A stretch of DNA of 64,000 bases from the human T2T-CHM13v2.0 reference genome, Homo sapiens, in the NCBI RefSeq assembly GCF_009914755.1, contig NC_060932.1; one strand, given 5' to 3'. The translations under genes and the position numbers were made by a program. The notes under the pieces are model-generated. The model saw nothing but the letters and a program-made list of their open reading frames with translations, was not told where the DNA came from and searched no databases. Of the stretch, positions 31,557-45,000 are shown piece after piece; position 1 is the first letter of the stretch; every line of letters starts with the position of its first letter.

Positions 31557-32844
31557 ATATGGGGAGATTAAAACAGTTTGTGGAAAAAAGCAATTAAAAG
31601 GTAAAAATCACAAAATATAAATTTTACTTCTCAACATAAGCTCCATCAAGTTCAAGACACTTTTATAGGTGATGATACTAGCCATTTAGTCCATTCCTAA
31701 AGACCTGAGGATCTTAAGAATTTAACTATATCAATGTTGTAATCTTCTCATTATTGAAAGAAGAAAAATTGGTGTCCTTTAAAAATATTTTGAGAGTGGG
31801 AAGCTAAAAGAAGTCAGAAGGAGCCAAATGAAGATTGTAAGGTAGATGCCCAATGATTTCCCATTGAAACTCTCCCAAAAATTGTCCTAGTTTGATGAGA
31901 GAAATGAGCAAGAGCATTGTCATGATGGAGACTCCCTGGAGAAGCTTTCCTGGGAGTTTACTGTTAAAACTTTGGATAACTTTCTCAAAATACTCTCATA
32001 GTAAGCCTAGGTTACCATTCTTTGGCCCTCCAGGAAGTCAACAAGAAAAATCACTTGAGCATCCTCAAAAACTGTTGTGAGAACCTTTGTTCTTGACTGG
32101 TCTGCTTTTGCTTTGACTGTAACACTTCTACCTCTTGGTAGCCATTGCTTTGATTATGCATTGTCTTCAGGATTATACTGGGAAATCCATGTTTTATCTT
32201 CTCCTATAATTCTTCAAATAAATGCCTCAGGATATTGACCCCACTTATTTAAGATTTCCACTGAAAGCTCTGCTGTTGTCTGCAGCTGATCTGGACACAA
32301 TAGTTTTGGCACCCATCTAGAAAAAACTTTACTCAACCTTAATTTCTAAGTCACAGTTGTGCAAGCCAAACCAGTTGAGATGTCTGTGGTGTTGGCTGTT
32401 GTTCTGCTGTCTCAGTTCTTTTCAATTAAGGCACAAACAAGATGTATTTTTTTCCTCACAAATTGACGTGGATAGTCAGCTGCTGCAGGGTTCATCTTCA
32501 ATATTTTCTTATCCCTTTGTAAAATTGAGTTCTCTTTTTGTCAACTGCTGATTCCTTTGGGACATTGTGCCTATAAACTTTTCATAAAGTATCGGTGATT
32601 TCACCATTCTTCCAAACAAGTTTCATCATAAATTTCATGTGTGTTCTTGGTTCCATTTTAGCAATATTTATGTGGCTCTGATAGGGGCTCTTTTTAAATA
32701 GATACCTTATTGTTCTTAGTGCATCAAATTAGATTCTATTCAGACATGTTATAATAAGCTAGCTTGTTTTAGTGCAGAATTTTTGAAATCCATGTATAGT
32801 GTTTTCCTAATACATATTTTCCATGATTTTTTGAAGACCCCTTG
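31557..32844 (-). mobile_element. HSMAR2 mariner transposon, about full length (~1.29 kb), decayed transposase
   Basis: Minus strand starts caaggggtcttcaaaaaatcatggaaaa and contains ttataacatgtctgaatagaatctaatttgatgcactaagaac and aaagagcccctatcagagcc, matching the recalled HSMAR2 consensus; Tigger1 resumes immediately after. Confidence 0.85.
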
Positions 32845-35019
32845 CATTTGTTATGGCAATCAGTGACCTTTGAGATTACTACTGTGATTAGTTTGGGGAA
32901 CCACAAACCATGCCCGTAAAAGATGGCAAACTTAGTTGATATATGCTGTGTGTATTCTGACTGCTCCACCAACTGGCTGTTCCCCCTTCTGTCTCTCTTC
33001 CTCTCCTCAGGCATCCCTATTCCCTGAGACACAGCAATATTGAAATTAAACAAATTAGTAACCTTAACAACGGCCTCTAAGTGTTCCATTGAAAGGAAGA
33101 GTGGCACATCTCTCATTTAAATCAAAAGCTACACATGATAAACCTTAGTGAGAAAGGCGGGTTGAAAGTCAAGACAGGCTGAAAGTATGAAATTTACCTA
33201 AGTTGTAAATGTGAGAAAAAGTTCTTGAAAGCAATTAAAAGTGCCACTCCAGTGAACACAAAAATAATAAGAAAACAAACCACCTTATTGCCGATATAAA
33301 GTTTTAGTTAGTGGCCTTCATATATGATCAAAATAACCATGACACTCACTTAAGACAAATCCAAGTCCAGAGCAAGGCTCTACCTCTCTTCAATTCTATG
33401 GAGGCTGAGAAAGGTGAGGAAACTGCAGGAGAAAAGTTGGAAGCTAGCAGAGGTTGGTTCATAAGGTTTAAGGAAAGAAGCCATCTCCATAACATAAAAG
33501 TACAAGATGATTTAGCAAGTGTGGATATAGAAGCTTCAGAAAATTGTCCAGAAGATCTAGTTAGGATAATTGATGAAGGTTACTACACTACACAACAGAT
33601 TTTCAATGTAGATGAAACAGCTTCTGTTGAAAAAGATGCCATCTATAACTTTCATACTTAGAGAGGAGTTCATGCTTGACTTCAAAGCTTTGAAGTATAG
33701 GCTAATTCCCTTGTTAGGGGCTAATGCAGCCAGTGACTTTAAGTTGAAGGAAATGCTCATTTGCTATTCTGAAAATTCTAGGGCCCTTATGAGTTATGCT
33801 AAATGTCCTCTCCCTGTGCTCTAGAAATAGGACAATGAGGCCTGGGTGACAGCACGTCTGTTGACAGCATGGTTTACTGAATATTTTAATCTTACTGTTG
33901 AGACTTATTGCTGAGAAAAAAAATCCTTTTAAAATATTACTGCTCATTGAGAGTGCACCTGGTCACCCAAGAGCTCTGATGGAGACGGACAGAAAGACTG
34001 GTGTTGTTTTCATGCCTGCTAACACAATATCCATTGTGTAGCCCATGGAGCCAGGATTAATTTTTACTTTCAAGTCTTATTACTTAAGAAATACATCTTG
34101 TAAGGCTGTAACTGACACAGAGAGTGATTCCTCTGATGTGTCTGAGCAAAGTAAATTGAAAACTTTTTGGAAAGGTTTCACAATCCTATATGGCATTAAA
34201 ATAATTTATAATTCATGGGAGAAGGTCAAAGTATTGAGGTTAACTGAAATTTGGAAGAAGTTGATTCCAACCCTCATGAATGACTGTGAGGGGTTCAAGA
34301 CTTTAATGGAGAAAGTCACTACAGATGTGGTATAAATAATAAGAGAAGTGGAGAACTAGAATTAGAAGTGGAGCCTGAGGATGTGGCTGAATTGCTGCAA
34401 TCGATAAAACTTGAATGGATTAGGGGTTGCTTCTTATGGATGAGCAAAGAAAGGGTTTTTTTGAGATACAACCTACTCCTGAAGGGAAGATGCTGTGAAC
34501 ATTGTTGAGACGACAACAAAGGATTTAGAGTATCATATAGATTTAGTTGACAAAGCAGCAGCAGAGTATGAGAAGACTGATTTTAATTTTGAAAGAAGTT
34601 CTAAAGTGGGTCAATGCTATCAAATAGCATCCATTGCATGCAGCAGAGAAATCTCTCATGAGGAGAAGACTCCATCAACGTGGCATATTTCATTGTTGTC
34701 TTAAGAAATTGCCACAGCCACCTCAATCTTCAGCAACCATCACGCTGATTAGTAAGCAGCCATCAACACGGAGGCAAGACCCTCCACCAGAAAAAGATAA
34801 CAACTTCCGGAAGGTTCAAATGATTGTTAGCATTTTTTAGCAATAAAGTATTTTAAAAATTAAAGAACACTTAATAGACTCCAGTGTAGTGTAAATATAA
34901 CTATTATATGCACTGGGAAACCAAAAAATTTGTCTGGCATGTTTCATTGTGATAATTGCTTTTTTTTTGCCTTGGTCTGGAACTGAAACCACAATATGTC
35001 CACAGTATGCCTGTATTAG

Positions 35020-35346
<327 letters not shown>

Positions 35347-36165
35347 CTAATTTGTGAACCCACAGAAAGCTCTAAACACCATGTAACTGTCAAGGATGAG
35401 CAGCATTTACCTAAGTTACCTGGAACCATCCCTACTCAGGTACACTCAGTTCTGCTAACTCATAACTAGTGCTACTAAGAAAGTACATTATGGAGTTAAA
35501 AAAAAAAGACACAATAAAAAAAGAGAGACATTGGAGCAGCCAAATAATAGTGAAAAATGTTAAGGCTGAGCCCGTTAGCAAAATAAAGATAGAATATTAA
35601 CAGGTAGCTCTTCCCCAGGTGCACATAAGTAGCTCTCATTAGTGATAATGGAAGCTTTGTGAGCATTCTAGGAAGACTATGTTTCTGAGTAATATCCTTA
35701 GGAGGGAGACTAGAGGCAATAGCTGGAGTAGTTATGAAGGTGGAAACACAAACAAATAAAGAATAACTGAGAATGCTTATTTGGAATTTGATCTGCCGTA
35801 AGAATTTTTATCTCTTTAGCTCTTCAAATTACTAGGCCCATTCTAGAAAACCAAACTGCTCATTACAAATTTCTTCCTTTTCTGCCTTTCTCTCTCTCTA
35901 TCTATCTCTTTCTCTCTTTCCCTCTCTTTCTCTTTGCATACCCTCCACATGACATATCTGTGATATATATAAAAATACGTAATACTAGTGTGGGAATATT
36001 GAATGGAGTCATAAGGACTTTGGAGATTTAAAGACCTGGCTTTGAGTTTCTGTTCTTCCACTTATTAGCAGTAAGCCTCAGTTTATAATTCTAGAAATTG
36101 GGATAATAGTCCTTCACCCAAATGCTCTTCTGAGGATTAATGTATAATGCACCAAAAACCCTGTT

Positions 36166-36477
36166 GGGTTGGGTGTAGTGGCTCACACCTGTAATCCCAA
36201 GATTTTGGGAGGTTGAGGCAGGAGGATCGCTTGAGGCCAAGAGTTTGCACCAGCCTTGGCAATATAGTGAGATCCCATTTTTATTTTTATTTTTTTAAAT
36301 AGCCAAGCATGGTGGTGTGTGCCTAAAGTCCTAGCTACTCAGGAGGCTGAGGTGGGAGGATCATTTAAGCCCAGGAGCTTAAAGCTGCAGGGAGCTATGG
36401 TCGTGCCACTGTAGTCCAACCTGTGCAACAGAGCAAGACTCTGTCTCTTAAAAAAAGACAAAGGAAAAAAAAAAAAA
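36166..36477 (+). mobile_element. AluJ SINE (tail copied into 38677-39071)
   Basis: Diverged dimer with A-rich tail; preceded by a MIR fragment at ~35990-36150. Confidence 0.87.
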
Positions 36478-38143
36478 GCCCTTGCCTCACAGGCTTTACT
36501 TTGATCAACAATGCTTTGGAAAAAGACTAGTATTCATTTAAGACTGAGCTGAGTCCTCAGTAAAAATCAAATGAAAAAACAAATGGATTTTTCCTATCGT
36601 TGTTTGAGTTTTAGATAGGATACTCAAAATTCACATCCTAGTTGTAGTCTCATTGCACTTGAGCAAAGAATGATGAGAAATACTACCAAACCACATATTG
36701 GTAATTGAGATATTTAGGACAGAGCCTCACACAAGTGTTGTATTGTATGGTAGGAATCATTTCGTGTGACTGGAACATCACTCTTCCGCGTTAAGGTGAG
36801 AACACAACAGACGATTCACTATGACTAGCGTTAGAGCTTAGTGAAGGCTTCTTTTCTCTTCATTATGCATTTTTAAAGTTGATAAAATTTGTGCCATTTG
36901 TGCCAATAATTTGAACAGGGCATTCAGCATCCATTTTTTGTCTAAAGAGAGAAGACTTTCTTCCCTAATTTGAAAAGTTTGGATTAGTTTTTCACACTGA
37001 AAAATCTATATTTAGTCTAGGATGTCAGATGACTTTTTAACTGAATCCCTGGAATTGTCTCCCAGCATCTCTGGGACCGAGGCCATCGTGTGGCTGATGT
37101 AGACCAAGGTCTGCTGAAGAAAGCTGCTCATACTCTACCTGACTTGCAGTGCAGAATGGGACAGGAGGTCTCACAAAATTAAACCAAGGAAAAGGAGTTA
37201 CAACTTATCTCTAGATGTTTGTGTAAACTGGCTATTCAATGTTGCTAGCCTGCTAATAGTCAGGAGTATCTGAACAAGTGGCTAATTCTTCTCTCCCTTT
37301 TATTTCTGGAGATTTTAATGTCATGTAGGCATAAAACCAGAGTACCATTGACAACTCTAACTTGTTTCAACCTTTCTTGGAATTTTCTCATCAGCATTGT
37401 CTTGGGCCCATGCTTTGTTCTTCAGAGACTGGACTCTTGTTTTATTAGCCTGACATTTTGTTTTGACCTCTGTTGACACCTTCTGCCCTCCGGCGTGCAC
37501 TCTGTTTAGTAGCTTCTTTTATTTATAACTAATGCTCTTCTGCTCGACTCAGACAAACTCATTGATTTGCAATCTGGTCACACTTGCATTGCTCTATCTA
37601 ATATAAAATCTTTTCTTTTTCTCGAGCATCTCTCTTTTTGCCATGACATTTATTCAGCTTCTTGCATTTTCATTTTGCTTTCACTCCTATTCTGATTACA
37701 GATTAAAAATGTCTGCATTATACCAGCGGGGAAAAGCTATTCCGGTTCAGAGAGATCACTGCGAAGCATACCTTACATCTTTAAAGGACTTTATGATTTC
37801 ACAGAGCATCTTCACACACACAATATCTTACTTGATCCTCACAACAACCCTGTGAGGTAGGTGTTAACATGTTCATTATACAAGAGTGGGAATAAAAATG
37901 CTGAGATACACAGAGGCATACCATCTAGAGTTCTACTAGAATCTTAATAGTATGAATCTTGGGTCTGTGTGTTAAAACGTAAAGGAAAGAAGAGTTGTGA
38001 AAATGTAGTCTGTTGATCAGTAGAGAGAAACCAAAAATATAACATGTAATCCCATAAGAGATTTTTAGAACAAAAGAATATTGGTATTCTTTTTCATGAT
38101 CAAAATATTTTTGTTTGAAATGACCAGGTAATACATGAAAAGT

Positions 38144-38149
38144 TTTATT
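38144..38149 (-). terminator. Candidate poly(A) signal AATAAA for the SR-AII 3'UTR
   Basis: First canonical AATAAA I found downstream of the SR-AII stop; a closer ATTAAA exists at 39400-39395. The actual site is not determinable from sequence. Confidence 0.35.
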
Positions 38150-38196
38150 TTTGGTTTAAATGGGTTGGATAAATTGCCCAAGCTCGACTACACTTC

Positions 38197-38204
<8 letters not shown>

Positions 38205-38263
<59 letters not shown>
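38205..38263. repeat. (A)n(TA)n microsatellite
   Basis: Directly visible. Confidence 0.95.
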
Positions 38264-38265
<2 letters not shown>

Positions 38266-38621
38266 TGTAATTTGGAAAATAAGAAGATGAGAAGGTAAAA
38301 TAAGAATCAATTTTTAAAAAATATTCTAAGGAATTAAAATTTTTTTATCTCCTCTGCATACCTATCCAGCCCTGTTCCTCCCCCAGTATAGCTTAGATGT
38401 ATTGTAATTGCTTGTTCATTTGTCTACATCTCTTAGGGACAATTAGCTCTGTAAAACCAGAGACAATTATCTCTTATTAGCTGTTATGTCCAGCTCATGG
38501 AGGTACATAATGGACATGTGAATTAATGATTGAATGAATGGATTTTCTTCTATGACATCCCTATCTCTGGTTGAGAATAATGTTTGAATATAAAGAACTC
38601 TCATATTATCAATACTCATGA

Positions 38622-39125
38622 CAGTTCTCCTAGAACCCAATAAATTAAATTGTGTTCTAGACTCTAGGTGAATGCGTGTAGTCCAGCCTGTGCAATAGAA
38701 CAAGGCTCTGTCTCTTAAAACAAGAAAAAGAAAAAAAAAAAGCCCTTGACTCAGTCTTTACTTTGATCAAAAATGCTTTGGAAAGAGACCAGTATTCATT
38801 GAAGATTGAGCTGATTCCTCAGTAAAAATCAAATGAAAAACAAATGGATTTTTCCTATCATTGTATGAGTTTTAGATGGGATACTTAAAATTTACACCCT
38901 AGTTGTAGTCTCATTGCGCATGAGCAAAGCATGGCGAGAAATACTACCAAACCACATATTGGTAATTGAGATATTTAGGACAGAGCCTCACACAAGTGTT
39001 ATATTGTATGGTAGGAATCGCTTTGCTTGACTGAAACATCACTCTTCCAAGTTAGGGTGAGAACACAGCAGTTCCCCTAGAACCCAATAAATTAAATTGG
39101 GTTCAAGACTCTAGGTCAATGGGTG
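38622..39125 (+). repeat. Templated ~395-bp copy of 36410-36810 flanked by a 57-bp direct repeat
   Basis: Manual alignment; see findings. Confidence 0.9.
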
Positions 39126-39440
39126 GCAGAGAACTGAGGACTGGTTGGAGCAGCCCTCCAGTCCGTGCATGAGAGGTGTCCAGGCTGGGGGTGATAGGGG
39201 AGAGAGGTGATGGTGGAGTAATTGGAGTAAGAAGAGGTATGAGCATGGGAGCAGAGGCCCAAACAGCACCAGGGACCAGGAGAGAAGGCCATGTGGAAGT
39301 CAGGTACAACACGGGAACCAAAGTCATTTGGAGGAGTCACAAAAGGATCTTGGAAGTCAGTTGTGCAGATGACTTGTCCAGAGGTGAAGGGCCTTTTAAT
39401 GAGATGGTAGCAGAGGATGTCCCGCCCAACCCACCTGATC

Positions 39441-39484
39441 TTAAGAGGGCCCTGCCCTAATATGATCAGTGAGTTGTACTGGTC
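39441..39484 (-). CDS. MSR1: MSR1 SR-AII (type II)-specific terminal exon, coding part
   Basis: ttcctcctttatatatgtgtcag|GACCAGTACAACTC...CCCTCTTAA; with the phase-1 A from exon 8 it reads RPVQLTDHIRAGPS*, the recalled SR-AII C-terminus (358 aa). Confidence 0.93.
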
Positions 39485-39599
39485 CTGACACATATATAAA
39501 GGAGGAAATTAATTATTTTTAACATATTTTCAGAAAGCCTTACAAAATTTTAAAGATGCATATGAAAACATTCAATATAAATTTTCACATACCACCATT

Positions 39600-39990
39600 A
39601 ACTACAGATGTGGGGAATCAGGCACTTTCATACAGAATAAATTGGTACAAGCTTTTAGCAGCCATTTACAATAATTCATCAAATGGTAAAATGTATGTAA
39701 CCTTTGAACCATTGATTCTACTTCTAGCAAATTCCCTATTAAAAAGTATTCCCACAAGATTACATGTGAGAGTGTTGAATGTAGCATTGTTTATTAAAGT
39801 CTGACCAAAGCAAACAAAAATCATTTAGTGTTCAGGACTAGAGGAGTGAATGGCTATATTATGGTGATTATGGTGTAGCTGAATAATAGAATAATGTGTA
39901 GCCATTGAGAGAAAAGAGGTAGTGACATATATAATGATATGGACAGATGACTGACATATTAACATAAGCGAAAAGCAGAATATACCACAT
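39600..39990 (+). mobile_element. Old L1ME-type 3' fragment
   Basis: gatgtggggaatcaggcactttcatac...taaattggtacaagc...ctttgaaccattgattctacttctag, L1 ORF2-end motifs. Confidence 0.55.
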
Positions 39991-40487
39991 TAGATGTTTA
40001 TGTATATCATTCTTTGTTTTTAAAGCATTATGCAGTTGTTATATACTCTGCATGAGGAGGGAGGGCATGGTGGAGAATGCAGAGGCTGTATACAAACATC
40101 TCTCTTACTCCTTCCTCAAAGAAAGCATGTGCATAAACTCCAAAATAGCCATGAAAATACTGTAACTGAAAACATTTCTGAACATATCTGAAGAAAATGT
40201 TCAAAGCATTTGATAACCTTAGGTAATGGAAGACAGTGGGGTGCTGTTTGCAGTGTAAAAATAAAAAAAAAATAGTTTCTTATTTGCAAAACTTGACTAA
40301 AGTCAATGTTAAGAAGCTCAGAGAAAGCCTCAGGAAAAGGAGATAAAAACAAAAGATAAAATAAAGGCAGAGATAAAGATAACATAAGGATAAGAAGGAG
40401 AACTTTTTAAGAGGAACTCAGCTGAAAGTAAATGGAGTGAAAAGGAGAAAGAAAGAAGTAAGTCGAGTAAAAAGTACACAGCAGGTG

Positions 40488-40803
40488 GGCCAGGCTTGGT
40501 GGCTCATGCCTGTAATCCCAGCACTTTGGGAGGCTGAGGTGGGCAGATCATGAGGTCAGGGGATCGAGACCAGCCTGGTCAAAATGGTGAAACCCCGTCT
40601 CTACTAAATAACAAAAATTAGCTGGGTGTGGTGGCATGTGCCTGTAATCCCAGCTACTCAGGAGGCTGAGGTGGGAGAAGAATCATTTCAACCCAGGAGG
40701 TGGAGGTTGCAGTGAGCCGAGATGGTGCCACTGCACTCCATCCTGGCGACAGAGCGAGACTCCATCTCAAAACAAACAAACAAACAAACAAAAAAACAAA
40801 AAA
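40488..40803 (+). mobile_element. AluS SINE with TSD
   Basis: Full dimer, (caaa)n tail, TSD aaaagta(c/t)acagca. Confidence 0.92.
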
Positions 40804-41996
40804 GTATACAGCATTCAAAAGTGACCACATTAAAGAACGAATGGATAGAATGGAGAAAAGACAGACAGATTAATGTTTCTATTGTTTTAATATAACAGTA
40901 ATACTCATTAAGTAACACTAAAGTACTCCGAAGACACACAATACTCTGTTGTACTTTGAAAGCATCATGATTACACTAATGACTACTCTAATGGCTGGTA
41001 TTCACAACCATGCCCTACTTTGTCTAAATATGTCATACCTACACAATATTAGGTTAAAATAATTAGGTTTTGTAGGGCAGATAAATTGCTACTGTATATT
41101 TCTAGATAATGATTACAAATAAAAACTGCCAGATTTTGGTACATAAAAGGATTTGCCATTATCTGCCTAAAACAGACCCCTGATGATTAAATATGATCAC
41201 CCTGTTTGTGTTACCTATCCCATGGACACACAGACACACACACACATCACATGTAGTTTCTACTGGGAATACAGAGGGAGGGAGGAGCCTTCTGATTCTG
41301 AGAAGTTAAGTGGGGATTCCACACTCCTCTTCATAATCCTTTCATTATATCAGTATACATTCAGCCTAGACACAACAATTGACTTACAGCATGGCAAATA
41401 GAAGACATCTCATCTAATATTTAGTATTTAAGGTCCAATTAACAGGTTGTGTATATTGCAACATGAGGTCGGCAGTAGATTGACAAATATTCTTGTTGTG
41501 AAATCTATTCTGTTGTAGGTTTAAAGGTTTAGAACATGGAATACCACATTTCAAGTTTTTAGAAAAATAAACGAAGAGCCCCAGACATCAGATAGTTAAT
41601 TTTTCAGGGTTCTTAAACTGTCCAAATTCTTATATTTAAGGTTTCATTTAGTAAGGAAGGAGGTTGTAATTGTTTCTATTCATAAGCTTGATTTTCCCTT
41701 AGTGGATAGAAATTGACTTGAAAATTGAACAATTTTCTTTGTGGAATTTTTAGAAAATAGTATTCATCACAAAAACAAAAGACAAATGGATAATGAGATT
41801 GAAAGAGTTGTATAATATAATCTATTTGTTTTACCCCAATTAGCATGCTTATTTGTAGAAAATTATGTTTGGCTTCCATAGAGTCTGTATGGATCTGTGC
41901 TGAAGTTGCGAACATTTGCCTCAAGCCCAGATCTCTAGTATCACAGACTTACTTATTACAAGAATTCACACAGAAAACAAAATACTATATACTTAC

Positions 41997-42050
41997 TTAA
42001 TGTGTTTCCACTCCCCTTTTCCCCTTTCTGGCCTTTTGGTCCAGAATTTC
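41997..42050 (-). CDS. MSR1: MSR1 exon 8, 54 nt, phase 1/1; end of collagen domain with the ligand-binding lysine cluster
   Basis: ttttctcaag|GAAATTCTGGA...ACATTAA|gtaagt; encodes GNSGPKGQKGEKGSGNTL. Confidence 0.96.
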   Translation of the reverse strand, partial: EILDQKARKGKRGVETH

Positions 42051-45000
42051 CTTGAGAAAAGAAGAAAAATATTTGTTTTTAATCAGGGCAATTCACAATG
42101 TTTGCTTTAACTGGAGACAGATCATCACAAGGTAATTAAAATATAATAGAATGGACAGATATTGAAATGTATAATAACATTGTATAATGTTAACAATAAT
42201 AATAGTTATTACTTAGGAAGCTCCATTCTGAACTCAATATTGTGATATTTCAAATTATTTACAAGGCCCTAAATGCCCCATTTTCCTAAATCAAGCAAAG
42301 CTGAAGAATAAGGAGTTTGTTTTGTACTTATTTATCCTCCTTTTCTCCTCTTCCTTTGACTGGGTCTTACTCACACCCCCAGGAAGTCCAGTGCCTTCCA
42401 TGAGCTCCCACATCCCGTTCTTATATTCACATTACATTTATGGTTTTCATTTCTTTAGAGTGTACCATCCCCAAAAACTGGGCTGCCAATGACTTTCTGG
42501 GAGTGTTGAGATTCTTACTCATGGGGAAGGTAGGAAGATCCTTGGAGCGTTCACATCTCCAGGATGATCACCTTTGGTTTTGAGAAACCTCACCCATTTA
42601 TACAGGGGTGTGGTACAAATATTTCATATGAGGGTCAGGGCTTCAAATGGATGCAGAAACATTGCTAGATCTTTTTTTTTGCCAACGGATTGCTACTTCA
42701 CCCACTGTCCCATTTTTAAAGGGGTGTGCAGGAGATCTTTCTTTAGTACCAAGAAATCTCTTAAGATTGGTGCTGTTCCTGCTTATTGAGTTTTTTTTCC
42801 AACAGCCATGAGATACAATCAGATCTTCAAGTAATTACTACCTTGACATAAATCTAGAACTGATCCTAGTGCTCTCTGTCTCAAAGTCAAAACCTTTGTT
42901 AATGTTTTTGATTCCCTCCAGCAAAACTGAGAACCTTCAACCTTTTCATCCTAGAGCTCAGAGGATGTAGTTTAACAACCATAGACTTCAAAATAATAAT
43001 AGTAATAATTTAGAAACCCCTGTGTTGAGTTATTTTGCTCTGCTACTTACTGGGTATGTGACTTGGGACAAGTCTTTAAATCTTTCTGAGCTAAAGTTTA
43101 TTCTTCTATAAAATAAAAAAATAACGCTTTTCATTGTAGAGTTGCCTGTTCATTAAGCACTTTGCCCATAAAAGATACACATAAAAGATCTAGTTCTTCT
43201 TATTCCTATTCTTCACCTCCTAAAGCTTAGCTGGAATCTTCTCTTTGTGATTTTATTCTCAGAGAATGAGAGAAAAACTTTTTCATCGCAGTTCATTTTA
43301 TATGGTACAATTATATATAATTTTAGTGTTTATATTTATTTTTGATTTCTCTAGTTTACATTGTCTTCATCTGTGCTTTATTTTGAACATGTGTCATTAT
43401 GTATTTCTTAGAGAAGATTTTGGATCCTAATTTACCAGCTAAAAAAATACATATATATAATGTAACATATACAATCAGTAGCATGAGACTTGAGGCACTT
43501 AAAGAGTAAACATTATTCCCAATTGAAATTGTATTTTGAAGATTTAATGAAATGCCAACCATTTTATATCAGGTCATAATATCAAATTTCTAATTCTCTA
43601 ATTGCTTTGCATAATGTGATTATACTTTATATCATTAAATTCATTTCTTAATTGTAATTGAGTTGTTTCAGGTACTGCTAAATTGGCAAAAATTGTTGCT
43701 ACCACAAAGCACCCAAAACCTTTCCTATATTTTGAGAGCATGCTTTAATAAAATATAGTGCCAAATTTTCAGATTGTCCAAGAGGAAAAAGCTCTAAGAA
43801 ATTGTTAAAAATTAGGGAAGGGAGGAGTTAAAACAAAGTTCTAACTCTTTTCATAAAAGAGAACATAATAAGCAAGCTTAATTTCATTATTTCAACATTA
43901 ACTTCACAATGAGAAAAGAGAAAGAAACTATGCATTGTTCTTAGAAGTCTTTTCACACAGCAACTTGTCTTAGATATTTCAGAATAGACATGCTTAAGCC
44001 AGAGACATGCTTGACCCACGAAAGGTCCTTGTAGCTCTCAGATTCTATGATAAATAAAAAATTAGTTTCATGTTTTTATTTTGCCTTTGTTCTTATACCA
44101 CTGTGACTTTTCCTTTTAAAGATGGTAAAATAAAATGCCTTATCTCCTTATAAAAAAACAAACAAATGTTTTGTATCATTTTAACATGATTCAGAGATTT
44201 GCTTACCGATGATACTTGAAAATCTTTTCTCACACTTGAAAACAGCAAAAATATCCTTTCTAATGGAGAGGAATGTAGTGGTCCTTCAGAATGATACCTT
44301 TGGTTAAAAATGAATGCAAGGGCTTGGTCCAAACCTAGAGTTAACTATCTCCTATCCTATGTATTACTCTTTAATAAAAAGTAACTTATATTTCTAAAAG
44401 CCATTCAAAAGTAAGAACCAGGTCATATGTAGGAGGATATTCTAACTTGAAAGGATGTAAGAGGGGGTGTCTTCAATAACATCATCATGATTTCAAGCAT
44501 TTTTTGTGAGCCTCTTATATGAGCCGGATACTAGGTTAGACATTTCTGCTTACATGCCTTAATTACACTAACCAAATTTCTGCAGCTGTAGGCCGCCTTT
44601 CCATCCCCCGTTTCTTTCAAGCTACTTTCAAATGTGATCATCCTCTCTCCTAAGCCTTGTGCTTCTTCCTGGTCCCTGAATTCCTCACCTTATAACCACT
44701 CATTAACCTTACACTATCTTTTTTGCTTTGCTTTCCTCTGTCTTCAGCCACTCCTCCTCTATTTTATCTTTCCATAAGCATTTAAGTGGTACTCAGATCC
44801 TTCCTTCAAAGAAAAAAAAAACCATATGAAACAAACAAAACTAACAAAAAATGCATCTCTTCCTCCTCCTCTGCATAGTGAGGCAGCTTGAGAGTTGAGT
44901 CTACCACATCTCCAACCCTTATCAACCATTCCCTTCTCCGCATACCCTAATCTGGTTATCACCCCACCCCACAGAATCTGCTCTGAACAATGGCAACATC

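Noticed and set aside
33311-34840. Transposase-like ORFs as a possible domesticated TIGD-type gene
   Set aside because: Fragmented by stops and frameshifts; an ordinary decayed Tigger1.
39116-39493. 125-aa minus-strand ORF overlapping the SR-AII exon in another frame
   Set aside because: Needs a phase-0 upstream donor. Exon 8 is phase 1, and the alternative donor is preceded by stop codons. No recognisable domain.
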